DNA from: Octopus bimaculoides
Taxonomy: Eukaryota
Length of the DNA stretch: 64,000 nt
NCBI RefSeq assembly: GCF_001194135.2
Contig: NC_068997.1
Span: 31,825,924 to 31,889,923 of the forward strand
Reading direction: 5' to 3'
Each line of letters opens with the position of its first letter. The stretch's first letter is position 1. The translations under genes and the position numbers were made by a program. Shown in pieces: positions 56,139 to 64,000 of this stretch. The notes under the pieces are model-generated. The model did no database searches. It saw only the letters and a program-made list of their open reading frames with translations, and was not told the origin of the DNA.

Positions 56139-57470
56139 CAAAATAAGCAAGTTTTACTTTATTTAATGCTTGACTTTAAAAGAATCATTATTATTACATT
56201 ATTCCAGGGCTTGCAGCAATAGTGTCTTGTTTATTTTGTATTTTTAACTTAAATAAATCTAATCCTTATGCCCAAAATTAATCTAATCCTTATTCAATTA
56301 ATATTCTTTAATTAGCCCATGTTAATCTTAAAACAAATTCATGACTAATGAAACTTTTAATCAATCATCATGTTCCTGTATTGGATGTCCTTGTTAATTC
56401 ATAATATCCTTTTTCTTTTTTTGTCCCTTNNNNNNNNNNNNNNNNNNNNNNNNNNNNNNNNNNNNNNNNNNNNNNNNNNNNNNNNNNNNNNNNNNNNNNN
56501 NNNNNNNNNNNNNNNNNNNNNNNNNNNNNNNNNNNNNNNNNNNNNNNNNNNNNNNNNNNNNNNNNNNNNNNNNNNNNNNNNNNNNNNNNNNNNNNNNNNN
56601 NNNNNNNNNNNNNNNNNNNNNNNNNNNNNNNNNNNNNNNNNNNNNNNNNNNNNNNNNNNNNNNNNNNNNNNNNNNNNNNNNNNNNNNNNNNNNNNNNNNN
56701 NNNNNNNNNNNNNNNNNNNNNNNNNNNNNNNNNNNNNNNNNNNNNNNNNNNNNNNNNNNNNNNNNNNNNNNNNNNNNNNNNNNNNNNNNNNNNNNNNNNN
56801 NNNNNNNNNNNNNNNNNNNNNNNNNNNNNNNNNNNNNNNNNNNNNNNNNNNNNNNNNNNNNNNNNNNNNNNNNNNNNNNNNNNNNNNNNNNNNNNNNNNN
56901 NNNNNNNNNNNNNNNNNNNNNNNNNNNNNNNNNNNNNNNNNNNNNNNNNNNNNNNNNNNNNNNNNNNNNNNNNNNNNNNNNNNNNNNNNNNNNNNNNNNT
57001 AACCATATCCTTTATAGCCATGTCCATGCATAATGCTTACACCTTCCCTTTCCTTAGAAGTGTACTATTACTACTAGATAAGAGACAATAAAATCAGAGA
57101 CAGTTAGAATTTCTGCCTAGAACCAATTACTAGCCTGATAGACTTGGCTATGTCAAGATGGATTTTTATGTATTCTTCCTCCCACTTGGATTTGAAATGT
57201 TGCCACAATTATAATATGTCTATTCTACTGTAACTTTCTGCATTTTCGTGCAGCTGAAGATTGCTCTACATATTGCATTTAATGTAATGCTCGCATTACT
57301 TAAATAAATGGAGTAGCATGAAACGTGCGTACTGCAATCATCTTTAAAATCAGTGTTGCTTACTTTGATCACCTCGTTTTTGGAATGGTTTTTGTGTAAT
57401 ACCATACCATATTATATTCTGGTGCCTAAACATAAGTACCATATTCAATTTTGAATCTAAATCTAAACCT

Positions 57471-57525
<55 letters not shown>

Positions 57526-58017
57526 CACAGGTGAGATCCAGAGATTCTCCATATATACAACACTTAGACTCTAATGTGTTTACAGAGGATCAATTCCACA
57601 AGATAAAGAATGGCTATAAGAGAGATCAAGTTGGGTGGGTATAGAGGCAATTATGCAGATAAATAAATTAGACACATTAAATATATTAAATTGGGTATGA
57701 AATGCAAAATATGTACATGCATGCAAAACGAGAGAAAGCAGAAGGTGGAGACTTTCAGATGATGAATTTTTAAGTATAAATACATATGTATTTATATTAA
57801 TAAGTCCAACTTCCAGTTTGTACTCTGCATAAGCTGGACCTATCAATATAAATATCTATATATTTATACTTAAAAATTCATCATCTGAAAGTCTCCACCT
57901 TTTGCTTTCTCTCATTTTGCATGTCTATGTAATATATACATATTTTGTATTATATTTTATATATTTAATGTGTCTAATTTGTTTATCCACATAATTGCCC
58001 CTCTTTCTCTCTCATGT

Positions 58018-58101
<84 letters not shown>

Positions 58102-58538
58102 ATGCGTGTGTGTACAGAGCTAGAGAAAGAGAAACAGGGAGAAACAGACAACAAAAACAATAAGGTGTTTGAAGCTAAAATTAAGTCACATATTGAAATT
58201 AAAAGTTCCCTTCAGTGGAATCAAACCTACATCTAGGAGACAGCAATGTTTACACTTCTTAAACAAACAACCGTGCTTGTGCTCATGGAATTCATTTTAA
58301 AGAGAAAATGACTCACTTGGACAGCTTGTTTTTGTATATAAATGATGGCAGCAACAAAAGGACTGTCTACTCTTTGAAGAGTTTCAATAATCTTCTGGTT
58401 AATTGGTAAATGGAGTTGAGTGAGAAATGAATGCAACTTTTTTAATTTCTCATTCCATATTTTCAATTGATCTTCGGGTGTAGGGCTGATGCCAAAATTA
58501 GTCAGCAAGTCTTTGTCAGGATCATGTAATAATATTGT
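2636..58538 (-). CDS. Axonemal dynein heavy chain-like gene, tail (DHC_N1-type) region; 11 exons in window, partial at both ends
   Basis: Hand-spliced GT-AG exons at 58317-58538, 51863-52011, 45085-45196, 42337-42458, 40666-40842, 36339-36570, 35481-35600, 28005-28172, 27298-27401, [missing exon], 16006-16296, 2636-2862. Exons 1-9 join in one open frame, and exons 10-11 join in one open frame. Peptide follows the DHC_N1 motif order from recalled family knowledge: [16 protein letters not shown]; MWSHSTY; W....[20 protein letters not shown]; EIGGIG; [14 protein letters not shown]; IYVNL...LKEMRYL; KYN; [18 protein letters not shown]. Exact paralogue not assignable without a search. Confidence 0.88.
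5261..6115 (+). mobile_element. tRNA-derived SINE interrupted by an antisense copy of the same family (inner copy 5432-5898)
   Basis: 5' half 5261-5418 and 3' half 5912-6115 on +; full reverse copy in between; direct repeat tatatatatattt at 5419-5431 and 5899-5911. Confidence 0.75.
6712..7530. other. Assembly gap (largest of 12)
   Basis: N-runs at 6712-7530, 9544-10214, 13786-14208, 15522-15531, 16640-17051, 18750-18759, 23346-23355, 23954-23963, 26177-26193, 38103-38112, 55004-55627, 56430-56999. Confidence 0.99.
7735..7945 (-). mobile_element. Second tRNA-derived SINE family (central gcctttcatcc...gataaattaagtaccag domain)
   Basis: Reverse complement of the + copy at 49852-50070. Other copies at about 8535-8750, 14650-14950, 33470-33670, 33695-33910, 63170-63345 (all -) and 52040-52215 (+). 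Resemblance of the core to the Nin/Deu SINE domain is from memory only. Confidence 0.75.
7953..8500 (+). mobile_element. About 550-bp non-coding interspersed element ending in (AAT)n
   Basis: Co-linear copy at 62289-62796; partial copies at about 14965-15030 (+) and 45890-46035 (-). No ORF and no obvious Pol III boxes. Confidence 0.75.
8756..9115 (+). mobile_element. Helentron/HINE (DINE-1-like) non-autonomous element
   Basis: Begins aacaagag; subterminal inverted repeat aacctctgcc (8780-8789) / ggcagaggtt (9101-9110); 3' stem-loop acctccacctttgctaaggcagaggt. Confidence 0.5.
9432..10669. mobile_element. Foldback/MITE-like element with about 105-bp imperfect TIRs and internal tandem units (centre in N gap)
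   Basis: 9432-9535 is an inverted match to 10551-10669. Internal repeated unit cattttcct.aaagtta..ggaaaaacatcgg.tc.tgtgaattt..c.aag.cctcttccc at about 10320-10385 and 10480-10545. Confidence 0.55.
10740..11070. repeat. Low-complexity (ACA/CCA)n trinucleotide tract
   Basis: Degenerate aca/aat/cca triplets; source of the spurious Thr/Asn-rich ORF 10767-11135. Confidence 0.85.
11110..13390 (+). mobile_element. Penelope-like retroelement (RT + GIY-YIG), degenerate
   Basis: Broken frames carry [49 protein letters not shown] (about 12313-12336), [19 protein letters not shown]...CRTRNVVY and [16 protein letters not shown]. Multiple stops and frameshifts. Confidence 0.85.
14844..14899 (-). mobile_element. 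56-nt extremely 5'-truncated retroelement tail with 19-bp TSD, inside a SINE
   Basis: Identical aatgtaaaggtgaaattct at 14825-14843 and 14900-14918; on the minus strand the insert ends gggcaataaagaaata. Confidence 0.65.
15055..15477 (-). mobile_element. Probable L1/Tx1-clade LINE C-terminus and 3' UTR
   Basis: [36 protein letters not shown] followed by a T-rich UTR; clade assignment from recalled motif only. Confidence 0.4.
15585..15760 (+). mobile_element. R4/Dong-like RLE retrotransposon 3' fragment next to (AAT)n
   Basis: [29 protein letters not shown] resembles the LQK..LLGTA.ILR..L C-terminus of RLE elements. Confidence 0.6.
16006..16296 (-). CDS. Dynein-like exon K (291 nt, phase 0-0)
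   Basis: tcatattctag|ACAACT...GATCAT|gtaagt; [97 protein letters not shown]. Confidence 0.9.
17865..18250 (+). mobile_element. tRNA-derived SINE with internal (TA)n/(TATG)n
   Basis: Same family as 48324-48700; internal deletion in the head region. Confidence 0.75.
18924..18972 (+). ncRNA. Degenerate minimal type I hammerhead ribozyme motif (PLE-type)
   Basis: gtct [CcGATGA] aggga-loop-tccct [GAAA] tagct [GTA] agac: stem I 4 bp, stem II 5 bp, near-palindromic stem III; two substitutions from consensus (U4>C, C15.2>U). Confidence 0.5.
19936..20955 (+). mobile_element. mariner transposon relic, 3'-truncated at a (GT)n tract
   Basis: TA followed by caagggaaagtcaaaaatt TIR; [19 protein letters not shown]...[27 protein letters not shown]; stops and frameshifts. 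Confidence 0.85.
22180..25530 (+). mobile_element. Near full-length RTE-like LINE (APE endonuclease + RT + PHD-like finger + 3' UTR), degenerate, antisense to host gene
   Basis: [108 protein letters not shown]; 3' UTR with tandem units at about 25190-25430. Confidence 0.92.
25790..26170 (-). mobile_element. tRNA-derived SINE
   Basis: Reverse of the 48324-48700 family; further minus copies at about 26635-26800, 31400-31770, 34490-34930, 37850-38060, 39165-39310. Confidence 0.75.
27298..27401 (-). CDS. Dynein-like exon I (104 nt, phase 0-2)
   Basis: catacttgtag|AAACTT...TGAAAG|gtaaga; [34 protein letters not shown]. Confidence 0.87.
28005..28172 (-). CDS. Dynein-like exon H (168 nt, phase 0-0)
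   Basis: caatctttag|AGAAAC...GTTCAG|gtattt; [56 protein letters not shown]. Confidence 0.9.
29388..29652. repeat. Head-to-head inverted duplicate of a PLE-terminal-like repeat containing a CTGATGA...GAAAC core
   Basis: Arms 29388-29487 and 29520-29619; the same unit forms a shorter palindrome at 36757-36853. Confidence 0.65.
30170..30570 (-). mobile_element. Penelope-like GIY-YIG endonuclease relic of a second type
   Basis: With frameshifts: LQGQC...EAVMCKAEV...[21 protein letters not shown]...[27 protein letters not shown]...YLNSK. Not in the ORF track. Confidence 0.75.
33010..33229. mobile_element. piggyBac-like MITE
   Basis: Ends ccctttagc...ataaaggg with near-TTAA flanks (gtaa, tgaa); homologous copy at 36058-36276 ends gctaaaggg followed by ttaa. 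Confidence 0.6.
33918..34226 (+). mobile_element. mariner 3' fragment, related to the 19936 element
   Basis: [15 protein letters not shown]; 3' TIR ataatttttgacttaccctc is the reverse complement of the 19936 TIR type. Confidence 0.75.
35083..35278. mobile_element. hAT (Charlie-type) MITE
   Basis: Termini cagtggttctcaac...gttgagaaacacctg with an AT-rich core. Confidence 0.55.
35481..35600 (-). CDS. Dynein-like exon G (120 nt, phase 0-0)
   Basis: ctttcattacag|AGTCTT...GTAAAG|gtaggt; [40 protein letters not shown]. Confidence 0.88.
36339..36570 (-). CDS. Dynein-like exon F (232 nt, phase 2-0)
   Basis: ctgtctttctag|ATGTAA...TCGAAG|gtaaga; (R)[77 protein letters not shown]. Confidence 0.9.
36904..37345. 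mobile_element. MITE-like element with about 90-bp imperfect TIRs
   Basis: About 36904-37000 is an inverted match to about 37255-37345 (tcataactttt..attttt..cagaaa.ttttg..tgtg.tctac.ca..ggaattca.atg.ctatg). Confidence 0.5.
38150..39165 (+). mobile_element. RTE-like LINE 3' fragment with tail
   Basis: [38 protein letters not shown]...[13 protein letters not shown]; then GRPRKTW and the shared 3' UTR. Confidence 0.8.
40140..40400 (+). repeat. Minisatellite of about 30-bp units within a LINE 3' UTR copy
   Basis: Repeated atgcact(c/t)gt..cagtgcca..taaa units. Confidence 0.75.
40666..40842 (-). CDS. Dynein-like exon E (177 nt, phase 2-2; acceptor position uncertain)
   Basis: Donor GACAG|gtaag is clear. 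First in-phase AG after the pyrimidine tract is ttatttgaaag|A; other in-phase AGs lie a little downstream. [58 protein letters not shown]. Confidence 0.8.
42337..42458 (-). CDS. Dynein-like exon D (122 nt, phase 0-2)
   Basis: tttgtcatttag|TCACAA...AAGAAT|gtgagt; [40 protein letters not shown]. Confidence 0.87.
43662..44930 (+). mobile_element. mariner transposon relic
   Basis: [74 protein letters not shown]; frameshifted. Confidence 0.85.
45085..45196 (-). CDS. Dynein-like exon C (112 nt, phase 2-0)
   Basis: gattttaaag|GTATTG...GATACT|gtaagt; (T)[37 protein letters not shown]. Confidence 0.85.
46396..48847 (-). mobile_element. Mutator-superfamily (Phantom-like FLYWCH-MULE) transposon with 11-bp TSD and tandem-repeat termini; SINE nested at 48324-48700
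   Basis: tggcacaacat at 46385-46395 and 48848-48858. Inverted subterminal arrays (cagacaattgcatcc; ggacatttgcatccc / gggatgcaaatgtcc). Minus-strand FLYWCH-like ([18 protein letters not shown]...[13 protein letters not shown]...EHNY) and MULE DDE core ([21 protein letters not shown]...FALLPDK...[16 protein letters not shown]...SCLFHLSK). Confidence 0.85.
48324..48700 (+). mobile_element. tRNA-derived SINE (best-preserved copy)
   Basis: A-box tagctgagtgg (48329-48339), B-box ggttcaatccc (48372-48382), internal (TG)n, A-rich end. Partial + copies at 48979-49140 and about 51030-51125. Confidence 0.85.
49852..50070 (+). mobile_element. Second-family tRNA-derived SINE, sense-readable copy
   Basis: Head ggcggcaagctggccgaa, B-box-like gttcaaatac, core gcctttcatccttttggggttgataaattaagtaccag. 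Confidence 0.75.
50206..50975 (+). mobile_element. Internally deleted mariner
   Basis: ORF 50375-50845 fuses the HTH region ([19 protein letters not shown]...[11 protein letters not shown]) directly to the C-terminus ([18 protein letters not shown]); imperfect TIRs at both ends. Confidence 0.85.
51863..52011 (-). CDS. Dynein-like exon B (149 nt, phase 0-2)
   Basis: ttttttaaatag|GTTATT...CTCAAC|gtaagt; [49 protein letters not shown]. Not in the ORF track. Confidence 0.88.
53945..54598 (+). mobile_element. Tc1/mariner-superfamily (maT/DD37D-like) relic
   Basis: [15 protein letters not shown]...[14 protein letters not shown]...RSIARD and [25 protein letters not shown]; cut off at (TA)n. Confidence 0.65.
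54630..57369. repeat. About 200-bp inverted repeat pair, 2.3 kb apart
   Basis: 54630-54828 versus 57171-57369; about 7 mismatches by eye. Confidence 0.9.
57641..58003. repeat. Long hairpin, about 160-bp arms
   Basis: Core arms 57720-57782 and 57861-57923 differ at 2 positions; imperfect pairing extends to 57641 and 58003. Confidence 0.85.
58317..58538 (-). CDS. Dynein-like exon A (222 nt, phase 0-0)
   Basis: ttttattttag|ACAATA...GTCCAA|gtgagt; [74 protein letters not shown]. Confidence 0.9.
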
Positions 58539-59774
58539 CTAAAATAAAATGCAAAGAAATTAGTTAAATATTGTCACTGATACCTTTTTTTTTTTATGCT
58601 AGTCATTGCACTCTAGCCAAGCAACCTTAAAGAGAGCCAATCAATTATATTGACTCCTGTATTACTTTCATAACCTTGGAGAAGGACAAAAGCAAAACTA
58701 AACAAGTATTGAGGGATGCAACTGAAACAGATGGAACTTATAGAAGAGGGAGCCCTAGGAAGACATGAGATGAAGTATTGAGGGCTGATCTCAAGACAGT
58801 GAGCCTTACAAAGGAGACGACTAAGGACTGAGATATCCGGCACATTGCTGTACTCAAGAAGACCCATCTACCACAGAACAATTGATGCCCATGCTGGTGC
58901 AACATAAAAAGCACTGGTGCTGGTACCACATAAAAAACACCCAATACACTCTGTGAAGTGATTGACATTAGTTGTAGAAATCATGCCAGAACAGACAATG
59001 GAGCTTGCTGCAGCCCCTGGTTTTACCAGCTCCGGTCAAACCATCCAACCCATGCCAGCTTGGAAAATGGATATTAAATGATGATGATGATGATGATAAG
59101 GATGATGATGATGGTGATGATGATGATATTGATAACAGATAGAAATATCAAATTTTTACCAGGTGTAGCTGTGAGGCACAGACATGGCTGTGTGGGTAAG
59201 CACAGGGTTTCAGGTTCAATCTCACTGCAGGGCACCTTGGACAAATATCTGTCATTTTATTCATGAAACAGAAGGTTGGAGGGAGAGAAAACTTAGCATT
59301 TCTGATTATGTAAATATAGTACAAAGGTCAGTAAACCTCTACTTTGAACATGCTGTAATAAAACTAGGACTCATTTGTGTTACAAAAAAATAGTGAAAGC
59401 AATGCAGTATGAAAAGAAATGCAATTAGTTCTTTGATAGAAACACCAAAAATGTGAACTCATGACTCTTCGTGGAGGAGGGCGATGATTCCAGGATTGAA
59501 ATTTAAAGAGAGAAATGAAGAGTTTGATTGTGGCTGCTTAGGATCAAGTTGTTAATTCCTTTGGCTCTAAATGGAACATAGAACACCAAGAAATCGCCAT
59601 CTGTCTCAATCTCTGGCAATGGATTGCAGTTGTCTCTAGGTGTAACTGCCTACCGATGTCTCAGTTTCCAGTTTCTGTGAATTTTCTCTGTGTATTTTGG
59701 ACTATGGATTGTCTAACCCATGCCAGCATAAAAAAAAAGATGGTAAATGATGATGATGATGACGATATTTATTC

Positions 59775-60915
59775 CACTTAAAAAAAAAAGGGTGCTGCTT
59801 ATATAATCAACAAGTGAAAAATATCAATCGTATTGTAACAAGCTTCAAAATACTGGTTCAGAAAGAATACAAGACATGGCATGATAAGGCCTTTCTCAAT
59901 TTACACTGGTCACTTTGTGAAAATGTGGATATTACACTTTAGACAAGTACACTCATGAACTGGAAAGAGATCTAAATTAACTTCAACCAAAGATTCTATG
60001 AGATCTTGACATCTGGACAGATAGAATAATTGAACACTGCAACCTAAATATCATTACACATGACATGGAAAAGGAAAATGCTTTATTATAGACATTGCAA
60101 TTCCTTCCAACAAAACTAAAGTGACAAAGAAGTAGAAAAGACCTCAAAATATACTGAATTAAAAGAGAAATATCAAGAATGTGTTGATACCCAGCAGAAA
60201 AAAAGTGTAAGTTATACCAGTTATCATCAGAGCATTAGGTTCAATCCCCAAAACGCTATCATTTCATCAGTAATAGTTGGACATAAAGATCCGTCTTCTT
60301 CACATAACGGTTCTGCCTCTCCTCCTCTACAGTGCTGAGGCTTGGACCATTCTCAAACAGGACCTGAACAAGCTCGAGGTGTTTCAAATGCAGTGTCTTC
60401 ATCAGATCTTGGTGCCAAATTACACAACCGAATCTCAATCAACATCTGAAAATAATGCCAGCAGCAGTCGACCATTAAAGACCAAGTCCAGCAGTATAAG
60501 CGTCAGTGGTTTGGCCACATCTACAGGATGAGTGCTGGAAGATTACCAAACCAACTTCTGTGGCAGCAGTGACTAATGCACTGGAGAATCTAACACAGTG
60601 CACCAAAGAAGTCATGAGTGAAATAAATTGAGGAAGACCTAAACTCAGTGCCTCGACCTTGAGCATGCTAAGGCCAGTGCCATGATTCAGAAAGCATAGA
60701 ATAAAATCATCACCAGAGTCCATCATCCAGTGGCACCCACAGCTCTTTATTGGTTGAGAGGACAGCCTCCCTGTCTGGTCAGTAATTAGGAATCTTACTA
60801 CGTACTAATAGTTGGATGTAAAGATAGACATGCAAGCACTCCATTGGTCTGTCTTCCTTGGAACAGCTCATAGTCTTAGAAAGATACTTTCCGTCCAAAT
60901 CCTTTTGTTAATAGT
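59775..60915 (+). mobile_element. R4/Dong-like RLE retrotransposon 3' part, interrupted by a second LINE (60291-60805)
   Basis: CCLY...EYKTWHDKAFLNLHWSLC; DLDIWTDRIIEH; IDIAIP; KYTEL; VIPVIIRALGSIP; after the insert, MQALHWSVFLGTAHSLRKIL. Confidence 0.75.
60291..60805 (+). mobile_element. 5'-truncated APE-type LINE (RTE/L2-like C-terminus) with 20-bp TSD
   Basis: VLPLLLYSAEAWTILKQDLNKLEVFQMQCLHQIL...GHIYRM..GRLP; TSD taatagttggacataaagat (60271-60290) / taatagttggatgtaaagat (60806-60825). Confidence 0.75.
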
Positions 60916-61950
60916 TGACAGGAATAAAAGAAAAATGGCAGAAACCAATTCCTTGACCTTGGAACCACTCCCTTTTTTCACTCATCCTTCATTCTCAATA
61001 TCCTCCATTCCTACTTTATTTTGCACTGACCACTACTTTCCCCTGGGTTACATCTTATGACTGCTATATCTCACCCTTAACACTTTCTCATATCTTCTGT
61101 CATTTTCAAGATTCTCTCATATCTGCCATCAACAGCTCCCACCCCCACCTTTGTCTCTCTCCCTATAAACTTCACATCATCTCCCTATGGGTTTTTTTTC
61201 TATACTGCTGCTCTCTATCCCTACCCCAACCCATTTTTTTTGCACTACCATCTACCACCTCTTCCTACTTGACCTATTTCAGTTTCCTTCACCTTCCTAC
61301 CTCCACTCCACTTCCAAATTGACATTCACCATTGACCACATCTTCACCCTTGTTTCCTACTCACTGCTGTCTCCATCTCTAATTATCTGTTACTCACCTT
61401 TAACACTTGTAAATTTATCCACTCACCCATTTTGATCCCCTGTTCCTATTCTCTCTCTTACATTCACTTCCTTGTAGTTGAGGGTACATTATCACCACTA
61501 CCACCACCACCACCACCACCATCTTACTTCCTTTCCAGATGAGGTAGCTGTATCTCTTCTACAGCACGATACCTGTTTCTGTCCTTCTGTCATTTCAACA
61601 CCTGACAGAAAGCCACCTCCCTCAATACTACTCCCCCACTCATCAAAGGGGTCTCTCTTGCAAGTTACTTGGTGACCCCACTAGTGCTGGTGCCACAAAA
61701 ACAGCACTCAAAACACTCTGTAAAGTGGTTGATGTTAAGAAGGATATCTAGCTATAGAAGCAATCATTGTAGCTTGACACAGTTCTCTGGCTCATCAGAT
61801 CTTGTTAAACCATCCAACCCATGTCAGCTTGGAAAACAGATGTCAAATGATGGATGTTAATGACAACTGTATAATTAAGTAATGATAGTGATAATATGAT
61901 AATGCAAAAATAATAATGCTAATAACAACAATATAAAGAGCAATGATGAC

Positions 61951-61994
<44 letters not shown>

Positions 61995-61997
<3 letters not shown>

Positions 61998-62235
61998 TGA
62001 TACTAATAGTAATTGGTGCACTTGGAAGTATCAGTGCTCAGCTACCAACATGGCTGAAAAAGATCAGTGCCAGTATGAAGGTAGAACAGCAACAAAAATC
62101 AGCACTGCTTGGAACTGCAATAATTCTTCGCAGGGTTCTTGAAGCATGACCAGTAAACAAATGTCACCTTAGTCTGCTGGCTGTGGACGGCTGACACTTT
62201 CCATCATACCCAGCAAAATAAGCTGGTAGTTTTTC

Positions 62236-62240
<5 letters not shown>
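61995..62240 (+). mobile_element. R4/Dong-like 3' fragment between (AAT)n tracts
   Basis: IVIGALGSISAQLPTWLKKI...QQKSALLGTAIILRRVLEA*; another fragment at about 62820-63135 (IWKMKV*AVPIIVGSL...KVCLFDTTRIIKKV). Confidence 0.75.
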
Positions 62241-62288
<48 letters not shown>

Positions 62289-62291
<3 letters not shown>

Positions 62292-62796
62292 GCCCTGATG
62301 CAGTACCAGGCAGTGGCTCTCATGGCTTCTCATCTTAACTGATTGGAAGCATTATCATGTACATTGTTTTGTCTTGGTGTAAAAAATGAACTACAGCGAA
62401 TATTCTGTTCAATACCACGGATTTGCTTGTCAGTTGCTTGACCCTTAGTGGCTGATGATATGTGCATCTTTAAAGTAGTTGGGGAGCATCATAGCTATGT
62501 GCTGAGAGGAATTCTTTGGGGTTTGGATAATTCACCTTTGGAAACGGGGATACTTTGTTCATCATCCTTAAACAACCCTTATTCAGGGATCTACTCAACC
62601 TAAAGAAAATTCTAACTGGGTCCCACCTGCAAGGTCACACTCTGTTTGTCTTGATATGTGATCACTATGTCACTCACATATGGCTGTGATGCCTATGCTT
62701 TGTGTACCCTTATCAGACAGAGTGATGATGGGTATACTGGGTTTTGTATAGTTTACCCCAGTGACACTTTGATGGCATGCACTGCTCTCTCACTCA
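62289..62796 (+). mobile_element. Second copy of the about 550-bp (AAT)n-flanked element
   Basis: Co-linear with 7953-8500 apart from small deletions; (AAT)n on both sides. Confidence 0.75.
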
Positions 62797-63136
62797 TTAA
62801 TAATAATAATAATAAAAAAGAAAGGCAAAAAAATAGACATAACAAACCTCTTAAGTACAAAATAACCCAAATATGGAAAATGAAGGTGTAGGCAGTGCCA
62901 ATTATTGTCGGTTCTTTAAAAACAGTATCAGAAGACATCAAGAGGAATATAAAGGAAATCGAAATAGAGTGCCCAATAGAGCTGTTGTAAAAGGTTTGCC
63001 TTTTTGACACAACCAGAATAATCAAGAAAGTATCAGATAGTTAAAAAGAACAGAGAGCATGGTACCACAAGTTGCCAGTAGAAAGCCTACTATGCATGCA
63101 AGACTCCAGGAGTTCCAACAAAACCTGATTTAAAAG

Positions 63137-63174
<38 letters not shown>

Positions 63175-63341
63175 CTTTCTAATTTTGGCACAAAACTAGC
63201 AAAGTACTTATTTTATCAACTCTAAAAAAATGAAAGGCGATGTTAATCTCAACAGAATTTGAACACAACATAAAATCAGGAAAAAATAAATGTTGCCAAG
63301 TATTTTGTCTGGCATATTAATTACTCTGTTCAGTTGCCACC

Positions 63342-63401
<60 letters not shown>

Positions 63402-64000
63402 GCATTTAAATAAATAATTGGCAAATATATACTAAATATCAATAATATTTTACAAAGCTGAAATGAAAAGCCAAAGAAACACACTGATATAGCTTTCTAA
63501 TTAAAGACTTAATAAGGGCAAAATGGAATAAGCAGGACAAGAGGAGACACACGAGACAGAGGGTCACTGATGAGGTCACAGAATGTGTGAAGGAAGGACT
63601 TTAGTAGACAAATAAACTAAAAATAATACAAATATAACTAAAGTGAAGATCAAATAAATAGTATGTTTAATTGGTAAAGAAAACAAGAAAAGGAAAAATG
63701 ACCATCCCCAAGTATAACAATACATTATAAGAAATATTTCTACATTTCCATTTATAAGTAGTACAACTGGGATGATAGACAATGTCTTTCATAAAGACAA
63801 TGACAAATTGATTAAAAAAATAGATGTATTGGTATGTTCCAGAAAATAACAATATTAGCTTCTGAAAATGGTGCTAGAACATTCTTGCAAAGAATTTGTT
63901 AATCTTGATTATGTATATATTTTCAAAGATGCAGTGATGGTGGTGGTGGTGGTGGTGGTGGCGGCGGCGGTGATGATAGAATGCACATATTCCCCACCAC

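Noticed and set aside
61000-61480. Pyrimidine-rich strand-biased tract (also 17300-17760, and purine-rich 52505-52780)
   Set aside because: Low complexity with no periodicity or homology that I could establish.

Overview
AT-rich, microsatellite-dense animal genomic DNA from a gapped draft assembly (12 N-runs). The repeat style suggests an octopus or related cephalopod; this is inference, with no database check. I found one host gene: a minus-strand, intron-rich axonemal dynein heavy chain-like gene. I spliced 11 GT-AG exons by hand (about 1.92 kb, about 640 aa, spread over 56 kb); they encode a divergent DHC_N1 tail region. Phases are consistent at every junction except one, where a 3n+1 exon must be missing between 16297 and 27297. 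Both gene ends appear to lie outside the window. The introns are mostly decayed transposable elements: RTE-like LINEs (with a PHD-like finger after the RT core), two kinds of Penelope-like GIY-YIG elements, R4/Dong-like RLE fragments strung on (AAT)n, several mariner/Tc1 relics, a FLYWCH-MULE (Phantom-like) element with an 11-bp TSD, tRNA-derived SINEs, MITEs and a Helentron/HINE-like element. There are degenerate hammerhead-ribozyme motifs and many inverted repeats. No CRISPR array, rRNA or genuine tRNA gene is supported. Most ORF-track entries are microsatellite, N-gap or antisense-TE artefacts. I see no clear evidence of a wholly new system; the best leads are ranked in findings.
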